A stretch of DNA of 62,085 bases, counting the filler. It is 7 parts of 7 records of this genome, joined end to end, with 100 filler letters (N's around TTAATTAATTAA, not from the genome) between each part and the next. Parts side by side here need not be neighbours in the genome. Positions count along the whole stretch, not along the records: positions 14,264 to 22,114 come from SRR31156797_9517; positions 22,215 to 27,260 come from SRR31156797_9520; positions 27,361 to 44,035 come from SRR31156797_9528; 4 more parts are not named here. One strand, 5' to 3'. Shown here one piece after another: positions 19,011 to 29,419 of the stretch (positions are counted from its first letter, which is position 1; each line of letters opens with the position of its first letter). The notes under the pieces are model-generated. The model saw only the letters and a list, made by a program, of their open reading frames with translations. It ran no database searches and was not told the origin of the DNA. Made by a program: the position numbers and the translations under genes.

Positions 19011-20276
19011 TTAAGTTTTCCTCTTCTTTTTCTTGGCTGCAGGAAACAATACGTTATTTAAGATTAACCGGTATCCGGGAGAGTTCGGGTGCAGGCTTAA
19101 GTCTGTCGGAGGATCACCAATTAGGTGGCGGTAATCTTCCGGGTCGTGTCCTCCGTAAAAAGTCCAGAATCCTTTTCCTTTTTCACCATGAATATAACGG
19201 GCTTCGTTAGCTGGCTTGTTTTCACCAAGTATTAAAACATTCGACTTTAAAAATTCCTTCCTGTACGCAGTGGTTTGCCCCATAAAACCTTTAATTAAGT
19301 TCCGGTGGTTTTGGCAAAGCATGGTTGGGATTGGATCCCATTTGGCAGAAAAATCAAATAAGGTGAAATAATCATTTTCACGTGCAACATGCCGGTGATC
19401 GGTCGCGTCAATATTTGAAAATTCGTAAACATAAGGACTCTTCTCAAGTTTAAAATTTTCGAATGCAAAAGTGTTGTCGTAGTTCAGTTTCTCATCTATA
19501 TTGGCTTCCATGGGATCGCCGTCAAACATATTTTCACAAATGTCAACACCGATCGATGCCAGTGAAATGTCGTAGGTATCGGTTGCTGCGCACATTGCAA
19601 AAAGAAATCCCCCATTAAGTACATACTTCTGAATTTCGCGTGTTACGAACGATTTCATTTCCGATACCTTCATAAAGCCCAATCGTTGGGCAAGTTCTTT
19701 GTTAATACGAACTTCTTGTTGATACCAGGGCATATGCTGGTAGGAGCGCCAGAACTTGCCATGCTGGCCGGTAAAATCCTCGTGATGTAGGTGTAGCCAG
19801 TCGTAATCATCCAGTTCGCCATTAAGAATTTCCTCGTCGTAAATAATATCGTAGTTAATTTCGGCATAGGTAAGAACCAATGTTACTGCATCGTCCCAGG
19901 GTTGTTTGTTGGGAGGTGAATATACGGCAATTTTTGGTGCTTTGTTCATTGCAACAGCATCCTGGTTAACATCGGGCTGAGCAATTTCATTTAAAATCCC
20001 TGAAGCCTGAGCATCGCTAATCGATTCAAATGAAACTCCACGAATAACACATTCATTTTCTATTTCCGGGTAGTGTTGAATTAAAAAACTTCCTCCACGG
20101 TAATTCAATAACCATTTTACTTCAATATCTCGTTCAAGCACCCAGTAGGCAATTCCGTATGATTTCAGGTGATCTTTCTGAAGATCATCCATAGGGATTA
20201 GTAAATGAATGGCATTTGCCTGAATAGCTAAAAATAGCAGGAGTGGCAGGATGAATATTTTAATTCGTTGTTTCAT
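19011..20276 (-). CDS. conserved Bacteroidota exported protein (commonly annotated 'asparagine synthetase B'; glutamine amidotransferase-like)
   Basis: Signal peptide; motifs WLHLHHEDFTGQ, GGFLFAMC, YGGHDPEDY and PGYRLILNNVLFPAA; lies downstream of dnaB. Confidence 0.75.
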   Translation of the reverse strand: MKQRIKIFILPLLLFLAIQANAIHLLIPMDDLQKDHLKSYGIAYWVLERDIEVKWLLNYRGGSFLIQHYPEIENECVIRGVSFESISDAQASGILNEIAQPDVNQDAVAMNKAPKIAVYSPPNKQPWDDAVTLVLTYAEINYDIIYDEEILNGELDDYDWLHLHHEDFTGQHGKFWRSYQHMPWYQQEVRINKELAQRLGFMKVSEMKSFVTREIQKYVLNGGFLFAMCAATDTYDISLASIGVDICENMFDGDPMEANIDEKLNYDNTFAFENFKLEKSPYVYEFSNIDATDHRHVARENDYFTLFDFSAKWDPIPTMLCQNHRNLIKGFMGQTTAYRKEFLKSNVLILGENKPANEARYIHGEKGKGFWTFYGGHDPEDYRHLIGDPPTDLSLHPNSPGYRLILNNVLFPAAKKKKRKT

Positions 20277-20316
20277 TTTTTTTCAACTAATACAATCATT
20301 TTTTCATTTGGTTCAT

Positions 20317-21849
20317 CTAAAAAGGAACATCACCTTTTGGTGTATTTTGGTTATCAAATCCACTGTTTGTTGACATTCCTGCGGCAAGGTTCTCGTCATC
20401 AGCGTTCATTGATGAGCCAAAGGTTTGAACTTGCTGGGAAAAATCACCATGATCGAATTGTGGATCAAGATCGGAAAAGCGGGCCATTTCTTTTTGGAAA
20501 CGAAGTGGTACATCGGCAGTTGCACCATTACGGTGTTTTGCTATAATAATCTCAGCTACTCCTAGCAATGAGTTTCCTGATTCATCTTCTGTAATCCCAA
20601 AGTATTCCGGACGGTGGATAAAACAAACAATATCTGCATCCTGCTCAATTGCACCCGATTCACGAAGGTCAGACAATTGTGGGCGTTTGCCTTCGCGAGA
20701 TTCAACCGCTCGACTTAACTGCGAAAGAGCCAGGATTGGTACATCCAGCTCTTTGGCAATGGCTTTTAGCGAACGGGAAATCTGACTCACTTCTTGTTCG
20801 CGGCTTCCTCTATTGTCCGATCCTGCAGTCATCAGCTGAAGGTAGTCGACAATAATAATATTTATATCATGCTGCATTTTTAATCGACGACACTTAGCTC
20901 TAAACTCGAAAATAGAAAGCGCGGGTGTGTCGTCAATAAAAATAGGAGCATTATCAAGTGTTTTTATACGTTGGTTTAGCTGGTGCCATTCATATTCTTC
21001 CAGCTTTCCGGTTTTAATTTTTTCAGCGCCAAGTTCGGTTTCTGCAGCAATTAAACGGTTAACCAACTGTAACGATGACATCTCTAGCGAGAAAAACGCA
21101 ACTCCCTGGTTGTGTTCAACTGCCATGTTTCGGGCCATTGATAGTACAAAAGCTGTTTTTCCCATTGCCGGACGTGCAGCAATAATTACCAGGTCGGTTT
21201 TTTGCCAACCCGAGGTAATTCGGTCCAGGGCAGTAAAACCAGAAGGAACACCACTTAATCCGTCGGCTTGCCCCATGGCTTTTTCAATTTGAAGAACAGC
21301 CATGTTAAGTACCGGTTTAATTGGTACGGTTTCTTTTTTGATATTCCCTTCTGAGACCTGAAAAAGTGCGGATTCTGAAAAATCGATCAGGTCGTCAACG
21401 TCAATGGTATCGTCGTAGGCTTTGGTTTGAATTTCTGATGAAACACGGATAAGTTCGCGTTGCATAAATTTTTGGGCGATAATACGTGCATGAAATTCAA
21501 TGTGAGCAGCAGAAGCCACACGTCGGGTAAGTTGTGTAATGTATGCCGGGCCTCCGACTGCATCGAGTTGTTCCCGGTCTTTTAATTCCTGGGTAACCAT
21601 TAGTAAATCCACCGGTTTTTCTTTTCCCGACAACGTTTTAATGGCATCAAAAATTTTTTGGTGTTCTTCTTTATAAAAACTTCGTGTATCAATTGTATCG
21701 GCAACGGTAACATATGCATCGCGCTCCAACATTAAAGCTCCCAAAACGGCTTCTTCCACGTCGATTGCCTGCGGCGGAAGTTTTCCATATTGGGCATTAA
21801 TTTGCTCTACTGTTGTTTGTTGCGGATTTTGTTTTCTACGTTGTGCCAT
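20317..21849 (-). CDS. dnaB: replicative DNA helicase
   Basis: AARPAMGKT, IVDYLQLM, LSQLSR, DLRESGAIEQDAD, AKHRNG. Confidence 0.98.
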   Translation of the reverse strand: MAQRRKQNPQQTTVEQINAQYGKLPPQAIDVEEAVLGALMLERDAYVTVADTIDTRSFYKEEHQKIFDAIKTLSGKEKPVDLLMVTQELKDREQLDAVGGPAYITQLTRRVASAAHIEFHARIIAQKFMQRELIRVSSEIQTKAYDDTIDVDDLIDFSESALFQVSEGNIKKETVPIKPVLNMAVLQIEKAMGQADGLSGVPSGFTALDRITSGWQKTDLVIIAARPAMGKTAFVLSMARNMAVEHNQGVAFFSLEMSSLQLVNRLIAAETELGAEKIKTGKLEEYEWHQLNQRIKTLDNAPIFIDDTPALSIFEFRAKCRRLKMQHDINIIIVDYLQLMTAGSDNRGSREQEVSQISRSLKAIAKELDVPILALSQLSRAVESREGKRPQLSDLRESGAIEQDADIVCFIHRPEYFGITEDESGNSLLGVAEIIIAKHRNGATADVPLRFQKEMARFSDLDPQFDHGDFSQQVQTFGSSMNADDENLAAGMSTNSGFDNQNTPKGDVPF

Positions 21850-21983
21850 GTTTTTTGTTGTTCAAATAGGATCTAACTAATTGGTTGGGATTTGGGCTTT
21901 AACGATAATCAAAAATAGATATTTAGCTCGCGCATATCAAGAGTAACTTCTTACTGTTTTTAAACGAAGCTTATTCACAATTG

Positions 21984-22114
21984 TTAATTGAGTCTGTCCT
22001 CTATGATTTGAGTAATTATGTTTTGTAATGTGTCGCCCATTGCTCCAATTTGTTGTGGAATAAAGCTGGTAGCAGTCATTCCGGGAGTAGTGTTTACTTC
22101 CAGAAAATAGAACT
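21984..22114 (-). CDS. ddl: D-alanine--D-alanine ligase C-terminus (5'-partial)
   Basis: Manual translation gives FYFLEVNTTPGMTATSFIPQQIGAMG...*, matching the EVNTxPG motif. Confidence 0.85.
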
Positions 22115-22214
22115 NNNNNNNNNNNNNNNNNNNNNNNNNNNNNNNNNNNNNNNNNNNNTTAATTAATTAANNNNNNNNNNNNNNNNNNNNNNNNNNNNNN
22201 NNNNNNNNNNNNNN
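22115..22214. other. artificial contig linker
   Basis: 44 N + TTAATTAATTAA + 44 N. Confidence 0.99.
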
Positions 22215-22283
22215 AGCCAGATATTTGGCCAGTGCTTTACCAATTCGTTTGGAGGCTCCGGTTATGAGAGCTGTTTGTTTCAT
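22215..22283 (-). CDS. SDR oxidoreductase N-terminus (pteridine reductase-like; 3'-partial)
   Basis: Manual translation MKQTALITGASKRIGKALAKYLA (TGxxxRIG). Confidence 0.7.
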
Positions 22284-22342
22284 TCTCAAAAGTTAAGGAA
22301 TATTTTGAGAAGAACATTGCAGCTTCGCTTATGTTCATAAAA

Positions 22343-22375
22343 AAAGAGGCCGTCCCTTTTAAGGCGGCCTCTTTG
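22343..22375 (-). terminator. intrinsic terminator after ribE
   Basis: AAAGAGGCCGTC-ccttttaa-GGCGGCCTCTTT with an A-tract on the left. Confidence 0.8.
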
Positions 22376-22392
22376 TATGTAGGTTTAAACAA

Positions 22393-23004
22393 CTACTTAT
22401 TATACGAATTTAATTTGCTCAGGTACTTTCCAATAATATCAAATTCAAGATTTATTACCGTGCCAACCTTAAAGGTGTGGAAATTAGTTACCTCCTGGGT
22501 AAACGGGATAATTGCTACCTGGAATGAATTATCTTTTGAGTTTACAACAGTTAAACTTACACCGTTAACCGTAACTGAACCTTTTTCAACGGTCATGTAG
22601 CCTTGTTTCGCTTTTTCAATATCAAAGTCGTACTCAAAAGTATAGTACCAGCTACCGTCGGCTTCTTCAACTTTTATGCAGGTGGCTGTTTGGTCAACAT
22701 GTCCTTGTACAATGTGCCCGTCCAAACGTCCATTCATCATCATACTGCGCTCCAGGTTTACTTTTGAGCCTTCTTTAAGTAAGCCTAAATTCGACTTTAA
22801 CAAAGTTTCTTTAATAGCAGTAACCTTGTATAGTTTTTTCTCCTTATCCACCCAAACTACTGTTAAACAAACGCCGTTATGCGAAAGGCTTTGATCAACT
22901 TTTAGTTCATCGGCAAACGAACAGGTTAAAGTAAAATGTACATTCTCCTGATCTTGTTCAATGGCCACTACTGTTCCGTATTCTTCTACTATTCCTGAAA
23001 ACAT
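22393..23004 (-). CDS. ribE: riboflavin synthase
   Basis: MFSGIVEE N-terminus, NGVCLTV, VNLERS, GHIVQGHVD, KGSVTVNGVSLTV. Confidence 0.96.
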   Translation of the reverse strand: MFSGIVEEYGTVVAIEQDQENVHFTLTCSFADELKVDQSLSHNGVCLTVVWVDKEKKLYKVTAIKETLLKSNLGLLKEGSKVNLERSMMMNGRLDGHIVQGHVDQTATCIKVEEADGSWYYTFEYDFDIEKAKQGYMTVEKGSVTVNGVSLTVVNSKDNSFQVAIIPFTQEVTNFHTFKVGTVINLEFDIIGKYLSKLNSYNK

Positions 23005-23058
23005 GTTTGTTTATCGTTTAAAGTTCAAAGTTCAATGCAGAACTTCTTCACCAGTTAA

Positions 23059-24528
23059 TTATTTTAAGTTCCAATCAACACCTTCTTTGGTATCTTTCAG
23101 CTCAATTCCAATGGCGTTTAATTCGTCGCGGATTTTATCTGCAGTTGCCCAGTCTTTATTGGCTTTTGCATCTCTTCTGAGGTTGATAAGCAATTCTACT
23201 GTACCTGATAACACTTCATTGTTTCCAGATTCTGCAGATTCTTCTTTTAAGCCCAGAATATCAAATACAACGGCGAAATAAAATGATTTTAATGCTTCAA
23301 GATCAGCAGCAGAGATTTTTTCAGTGCCTGCTTTAATCGAGTTTATCATTTTAACTCCATCAAATAGGTGGGCAATTGCAATCGGACTGTTCAGGTCGTC
23401 GCTAAAGGCTGCAAGACATTTTTCTTTTAGTTCCGGCACATTCACGGTCGAAGAGTCGGAAGCAGTAAGTTCTTCCAGCGTTTTTACAGCTGTCATTAAT
23501 CGTTCCAATCCCTTTTCTGATGCCTGTAGGGCTTCGTTTGAAAAATCAATTGTGCTGCGATAATGTGCTTGCAAAATAAAAAAGCGTATGGTCATTGGAG
23601 AATAAGATTGTTCCAGTATCTCATGCGATCCCGAGAATAACTCATCCAGGGTAATAAAATTACCCAACGAGCGCGCCATCTTCTGACCATTAATAGTGAT
23701 CATATTGTTGTGCATCCAGTATCGTACAGATTCTTTGCCCCTACTTGCTGTATTCTGAGCAATTTCACATTCGTGATGAGGAAAAGTCAGATCCATTCCT
23801 CCACCATGAATATCAAATTGTTCGCCCAGATATTTTGTGCTCATAGCCGAACATTCCAGGTGCCAGCCCGGGAAACCATCACTCCATCGCGAAGGCCAAC
23901 GCATGATATGTTCAGGTGCGGCTTTTTTCCACAGCGCAAAATCGAACGAATTCTTTTTTTCATCCTGACCATCCAGCTTTCGGGTATTGGTTCTTATGTC
24001 GTCGAGGTTGCGTCCCGAAAGTTTGCCGTATTTATGGTTCTTGTTGTATTTCTCAACATCGAAATAAACTGAACCATTTACCTCGTAAGCATAACCATTT
24101 TTCAGGATGTTTTCAATAACCTGGATTTGTTCGATAATATGCCCTGAAGCCCGGGGTTCAATACTCGGTGGTGTAACATTGAGATCATTCATGTTACGAT
24201 GGAAAGTGTTCATGTATTTCTGAACAACCTCCATTGGTTCAAGCTGCTCCAGTCGTGCTTTTTTAGTGATTTTATCTTCACCACTTTCAGCTTCCTCATC
24301 TTCGAGGTGACCAACATCGGTAATATTACGCACATAACGTACTTTATTCCCAAGAAAAGTAAAGTAGCGATAAAGTAAATCGAAAGTAATAAAAGGACGC
24401 GCATGGCCAAGGTGTGAGTTGCTGTAAACGGTTGGTCCACAAACATAAAGCCCAACTCTTCCTTCTGAAAGTGGTTTAAATGCTTCCTTTTTGCGGGTTA
24501 AAGTGTTGTATATAAATAGTTGACTCAT
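23059..24528 (-). CDS. cysS: cysteine--tRNA ligase
   Basis: [43 protein letters not shown]. Confidence 0.98.
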   Translation of the reverse strand: MSQLFIYNTLTRKKEAFKPLSEGRVGLYVCGPTVYSNSHLGHARPFITFDLLYRYFTFLGNKVRYVRNITDVGHLEDEEAESGEDKITKKARLEQLEPMEVVQKYMNTFHRNMNDLNVTPPSIEPRASGHIIEQIQVIENILKNGYAYEVNGSVYFDVEKYNKNHKYGKLSGRNLDDIRTNTRKLDGQDEKKNSFDFALWKKAAPEHIMRWPSRWSDGFPGWHLECSAMSTKYLGEQFDIHGGGMDLTFPHHECEIAQNTASRGKESVRYWMHNNMITINGQKMARSLGNFITLDELFSGSHEILEQSYSPMTIRFFILQAHYRSTIDFSNEALQASEKGLERLMTAVKTLEELTASDSSTVNVPELKEKCLAAFSDDLNSPIAIAHLFDGVKMINSIKAGTEKISAADLEALKSFYFAVVFDILGLKEESAESGNNEVLSGTVELLINLRRDAKANKDWATADKIRDELNAIGIELKDTKEGVDWNLK

Positions 24529-24635
24529 TTTTACGAAATCAAATGATCTTGCAAAGGTATAATAAAATGAATGAATTAAGGGTAGGTGTCTACCGCATCA
24601 TTGTTACAAATTTCAGGATTTAACAGGATGGTTAT

Positions 24636-25298
24636 TTAAGCTTCTTCTTTTGGCTCTTTTTCAGCTGAACTATTCTTCTCCGTTTTCTCATCGAGCTTGT
24701 TAAAGTGTTTTCGATAAAACAATAAAATAGAGAATATTCCAACAGTAATTGCAGAATCTGCCATATTAAAAACAGGGCGGAAGAAAATAAACGGATCGCC
24801 ACCAACTCTTGGGAGCCATTCCGGATAACGCCCTTCAATTAAAGGGAAATAAAACATATCTACTACCCGGCCATGAAGGAAATTGCTGTACCCCCCTTCT
24901 TCCGGAAAGAGTGTAGCAATTTGTCCGTAGCTATGATTAAAAATCATTCCATAAAATAAACTGTCGATTATATTTCCGATAGCTCCGGCAAAGATTAGCG
25001 AAATACAAACAATAAATCCGAACGGAATTTCTTTACGTTTAGCCAGTTTAAATAAATACCAACCAATTGCAAATACGGCAACTATGCGGAATACACTTAA
25101 GAAAATCTTTCCATATTCTCCGGCAAATTCAAAACCAAATGCCATTCCGTTGTTCTCAACAAAGTGCAGAATGAACCAGTTTTTAAATACTATAATTTCA
25201 TCACCAATGGCAAAGTTGAGTTTTACCCAAAATTTTATTACCTGATCGGCAATTAGAATTGCAAAAATAATAAGCAGCGATTTTACACTACGCGACAT
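24636..25298 (-). CDS. lspA: lipoprotein signal peptidase
   Basis: DQVIK, NNGMAFG, GAIGNIID, VVDM, PVFNMADSAI; downstream of ileS. Confidence 0.95.
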   Translation of the reverse strand: MSRSVKSLLIIFAILIADQVIKFWVKLNFAIGDEIIVFKNWFILHFVENNGMAFGFEFAGEYGKIFLSVFRIVAVFAIGWYLFKLAKRKEIPFGFIVCISLIFAGAIGNIIDSLFYGMIFNHSYGQIATLFPEEGGYSNFLHGRVVDMFYFPLIEGRYPEWLPRVGGDPFIFFRPVFNMADSAITVGIFSILLFYRKHFNKLDEKTEKNSSAEKEPKEEA

Positions 25299-25383
25299 AC
25301 CTTACTCTTTTATAATAAAAAATGCTCTTCGAATTTCTATCCAAGCAGATTCCGAAGAGCAATTCCATCTTGTTTTCTTCTAC

Positions 25384-25761
25384 TTATTTTTGTCCTTTTT
25401 TTGCATCGATGCTCAAGGTTGCATGAGGAACAGCACGCAATCTCTCTTTTGAGATCAATTTTCCCGTATCCCGACAAATTCCGTAAGTTTTATTCTCGAT
25501 GCGAATAAGAGCAGCTTGTAAATGCTGAATAAATTTTAACTGGCGCTGAGCTAGTTTTCCCGCTTCCTCTTTAGAAAGCGTAGCGGCACCCTCTTCCAAT
25601 ACTTTAAATGTTGGCGATGTGTCCGAGATATCGTTTCCATCTCCGTGGGTAATCGAATTCTTGTACATATCATAATCTGCCTGAGCTTTTTCAAGCTTCT
25701 TCAGAATTATCTCTTTGAATTCTTTTAACTCCTCATCAGAATATCTGTTTTTTTCTCCCAT
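25384..25761 (-). CDS. TraR/DksA-family transcriptional regulator
   Basis: ALIRIENKTYGICRDTGKLISKERLRAVPHATLS. Confidence 0.9.
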   Translation of the reverse strand: MGEKNRYSDEELKEFKEIILKKLEKAQADYDMYKNSITHGDGNDISDTSPTFKVLEEGAATLSKEEAGKLAQRQLKFIQHLQAALIRIENKTYGICRDTGKLISKERLRAVPHATLSIDAKKGQK

Positions 25762-25852
25762 AACAAAAGGGTTTTAAGTTCCTCTCCAGTGGTTCTCCAA
25801 GGCCCTAAAATAATAAAAAAACTTATTCACACCCTAGCCTTGTTAACAATTC

Positions 25853-27260
25853 TTAAACAACTTTCTCAATCTCAATCTGTGCCATCACATCTTTGTCTAT
25901 CTCTACCTCTTTAGACAAATCCGTTTTTATAGTGTCAACCAGCTCAAGCGAATTAGCAAGAGTTTGTGTACAAATGTATTCTTTGAAATTGCTAACGGCA
26001 TCATTATAACTTTCGTGTTTTGCAACCCCTAGCTTAATTCGGTCCGTTACTTCAAAGCCGCTTTCTTTACGCAGGTTCTGAATCTTATTAATAAATTCAC
26101 GTGCAATACCTTCTTGTTTCAGTTCTTCAGTTACATTTATATCAAGGGCAATGGTCATTTGTCCTTCAGTTGCAACTGTCCATCCCGGAATATCTTCAGT
26201 TTGTATTTCAACATCTTCCAAAGAAAGAACAATCTTTTCTTCTCCAGCCGCTATTGCAAATTCTCCTGTGTTCTCAAATGTCACAATTGCGTTTTGATCC
26301 AACTGATTTATTGCCCCGGCAATCTGCTTCATCATTTTACCGTATTTTGGCCCAAGGGTTTTAAAATTCGGTTTTATCTTTTTGCTGATCACTCCCGCAG
26401 TATCGGTTAAGAACTCAACTTCTTTAACGTTAACTTCAGCCAAAATAATATTCGAAACCGCCTCAAATTGTTCTTTGAAGTGCGGATTTAATACCGGAAC
26501 CATAATTTTACCAAGCGGCTGACGTACTTTAAGCTTTTCTTTGCGGCGTAATGCCAGGATCATTGAAGAAGCCTTTTGAGCAATGGCCATTTTTTCTTCC
26601 AGATCTTTGTCGATTAAACTATCGATAAAGCCTGGGAACTCGGCAAGGTGAACACTTTCGTCTTCGTTTTTGCCTGTTACCTTGTTTAAGTCAGCAAAAA
26701 TTAAATCGGCATAAAAAGGTGCAATCGGCGCCATTAATTTTGCTACAACCTCTAAGCAGGAGTAAAGCGTTTGGTAAGCAGAAATTTTATCTGTTGAATA
26801 GTCGCCACCCCAGTAACGTTTACGACTTAAACGAACGAACCAGTTACTCAAATTTTCGGTTACAAATTCGGAAATAGAACGTCCGGCACGAGTAGGCTCG
26901 TAATTTTCATAACTCTCGCTAACCTCTTTAATCAACGAATTCAGCAAGGAAATTATCCAGCGGTCAATTTCCGGACGCTGTTCCATCGGAATTTCTTCTT
27001 CGGCATATTTAAAGCCATCAACATTGGCATAAAGAGCGAAGAAATTATATGTATTGTAAAGTGTTCCGAAGAATTTACGTTTTACCTCTTCAACACCGGC
27101 AATATCGAATTTAAGGTTATCCCAGGGCTGCGCATTGGTAATCATGTACCAACGCAATGGGTCCGAACCATATTTTTCGATGGTTTCGAATGGATCGACA
27201 GCATTGCCCAAACGTTTCGACATTTTAACGCCCTTTTTATCGAGCACTAATCCGTTCGAG
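25853..27260 (-). CDS. ileS: isoleucine--tRNA ligase, C-terminal part (5'-partial)
   Basis: KMSKRLGN, NWFVRLSRKRYW, KVRQPL, EGIAREFINKIQNLRK. Confidence 0.97.
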
Positions 27261-27360
27261 NNNNNNNNNNNNNNNNNNNNNNNNNNNNNNNNNNNNNNNN
27301 NNNNTTAATTAATTAANNNNNNNNNNNNNNNNNNNNNNNNNNNNNNNNNNNNNNNNNNNN
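27261..27360. other. artificial contig linker
   Basis: 44 N + TTAATTAATTAA + 44 N. Confidence 0.99.
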
Positions 27361-27491
27361 TCGCGCAAGCCTTACGCTTGACCGAATAAATTATTCAAAT
27401 AGAAATTATTAGTTTTTTCAATTTATCTATGTTACATAAGGTTGCCGCATAGGCAAGATTTAAAAAAATTATTATATAGGGAGATGGAGCA

Positions 27492-28244
27492 ATGAAAGGT
27501 ATTAAAGAAAGAGTAGTATTTGTAACAGGTGGAGAAAATGGACTAGGTGCAGCAATTTCGAAGAAGTTTGCAGAAGAGGGAGCAAAAGTAGTAATCTTCG
27601 GTATTGACGAAACTAACGGAGATAAAATAGCTAAAGAATGTAATGAATTAACTGAAGGAGCAATGTATATAAAAGGTGACGTAACAAGTAACGAGGATAT
27701 TAGCGCTGCTATGAATAAGATCAGAGAAGTGTATGGAAAACTAGATTTTGCTGTAAATAATGCTGGTGTAACCGGTGGGTTAAAAGATTTTAATACGACT
27801 TCTGTTGAGCAATATGATTTCATAATGAACGTTAATGTTAAAGGTGTATTTTTATGTATGCAAAATGAGATAGAGATGATGTTAGAGAATAAATTCGGTA
27901 AAATAGTAAATGTTTCATCTGAGGCAGGAACTTCAGCTGGATTCGCAGGTTTATCAGTTTATGTAGGTAGTAAACATGCAGTGAACGGGATAACAAAAGC
28001 AGCAGCAATTGAAAATGCAACTAACGGAATCAACATCAATGCAATTGCACCGGGGACAATGTCAACACCATTAGTATTGGCATTTCCACAAGAGGATCAA
28101 GATGCATTAGCAGCAATCAGACCATCTAACAAATTAGTAAATGTAGAAAGTGTTGCGAATACTGCACTATATTTATGTTCAGATTATTCGGGAGATATGG
28201 TTGGAACTATTGTACCAATTGATGGTGGAAATACAGTAAAGTAA
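27492..28244 (+). CDS. classical SDR oxidoreductase
   Basis: TGGENGLG, NNAG, YVGSK, IDGG. Confidence 0.93.
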   Translation: MKGIKERVVFVTGGENGLGAAISKKFAEEGAKVVIFGIDETNGDKIAKECNELTEGAMYIKGDVTSNEDISAAMNKIREVYGKLDFAVNNAGVTGGLKDFNTTSVEQYDFIMNVNVKGVFLCMQNEIEMMLENKFGKIVNVSSEAGTSAGFAGLSVYVGSKHAVNGITKAAAIENATNGININAIAPGTMSTPLVLAFPQEDQDALAAIRPSNKLVNVESVANTALYLCSDYSGDMVGTIVPIDGGNTVK

Positions 28245-28490
28245 ATTATTAAAAAGAGTGTAAGAAATAAAAATTTGCAGATGCTTTAACTGCTATTTTT
28301 TATTTCTTGCTTCTCATAAAAGCTTTTAATTTACGGTCATTTAAATAAAAGTAAATTTATAAAAGCATATAATAAATTGTGGATCAAATCTCTTTACTAA
28401 AGAGGAAATTTGATAAAAAAACTATTAATATTTTTTAAAACAAAGTCAAATTGGAACGTTTTGACTTAAAAAAATATAAGGAGAAGATGT

Positions 28491-29240
28491 ATGAGAGGAA
28501 TTAAAGATAAAGTAGTATTTATAACAGGTGGAGAAAAAGGACTTGGTAAAGCAACAGGGCAAAGATTTGCAGAAGAGGGCGCGAAAGTTGTAATCTACGG
28601 AATAGATGAAGTAGAAGGAACAAAAACAGCACAGGAACTTAATGAAATAACGGAAGGTGCAATGTACATTAAAGGAAACGTATTAAATAACGAAGAATTA
28701 GAAGCTGCTATGAATAAAATTATTGAAGTGTACGGAAAACTTGATTTTGCTGTAAACAGTGCAGGTGTTACAGGAGATATCAAAAACGTACTGGAAACAT
28801 CAGAAGAAGAGTTTGATTTTGTAATGAATGTAAATACTAAAGGTGTTTTCTTATCAATGAAAAATCAAATCAAAGTAATGAAAGATAAAAAATTCGGGAA
28901 AATAGTGAACATCTCTTCAGCCGCAGGTTTAGTAGCGATAGGAAGTTTAACTCCATATACAACTAGTAAATTTGCAGTAGTGGGAATGACTAAAGCAGCA
29001 GCGATAGAGTATGCTCTGAACGGAATCACTATTAATGCTGTAGCACCGGGAACTATTATGACTCCAATGGTTGCAGCACTTCCTCAGGAAGTAACTGATT
29101 CACTTATTGCAACTCATCCGGTTAAGAGACTGATGAATGTAGATAAAGTAGCAGCGGCATGTGTATATTTATGCAGTGAGGATTCAGATGATACAACTGG
29201 CTCAGTAGTATCAATTGACGGTGGATATACAGCACATTAA
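28491..29240 (+). CDS. classical SDR oxidoreductase (paralog of the preceding gene)
   Basis: TGGEKGLG, NSAG, YTTSK, IDGGYTA. Confidence 0.93.
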   Translation: MRGIKDKVVFITGGEKGLGKATGQRFAEEGAKVVIYGIDEVEGTKTAQELNEITEGAMYIKGNVLNNEELEAAMNKIIEVYGKLDFAVNSAGVTGDIKNVLETSEEEFDFVMNVNTKGVFLSMKNQIKVMKDKKFGKIVNISSAAGLVAIGSLTPYTTSKFAVVGMTKAAAIEYALNGITINAVAPGTIMTPMVAALPQEVTDSLIATHPVKRLMNVDKVAAACVYLCSEDSDDTTGSVVSIDGGYTAH

Positions 29241-29275
29241 AAAAATCAGAAATTTCTAATATAATACACGCTTAT

Positions 29276-29324
29276 GAAATACCTCCTAAATTGTCTAATA
29301 CCTAACAATTTAGAGAGGTATTTC
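29276..29324 (+). terminator. hairpin after the SDR pair
   Basis: GAAATACCTC-CTAAATTGT...ACAATTTAG-AGAGGTATTTC. Confidence 0.6.
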
Positions 29325-29419
29325 CTATATAAGGAGCTGTGTAATATCAGAAAGAGTTCAGGAATTTAAGCAGTTAACTATAAATAATTATGTATAAAGT
29401 TATATGAAAAGGAGAGTTT

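Noticed and set aside
21971-21979. DnaA-box-like TTATTCACA upstream of dnaB
   Set aside because: It is a single box with one mismatch in AT-rich DNA, which is insufficient to call a regulatory site or an origin.
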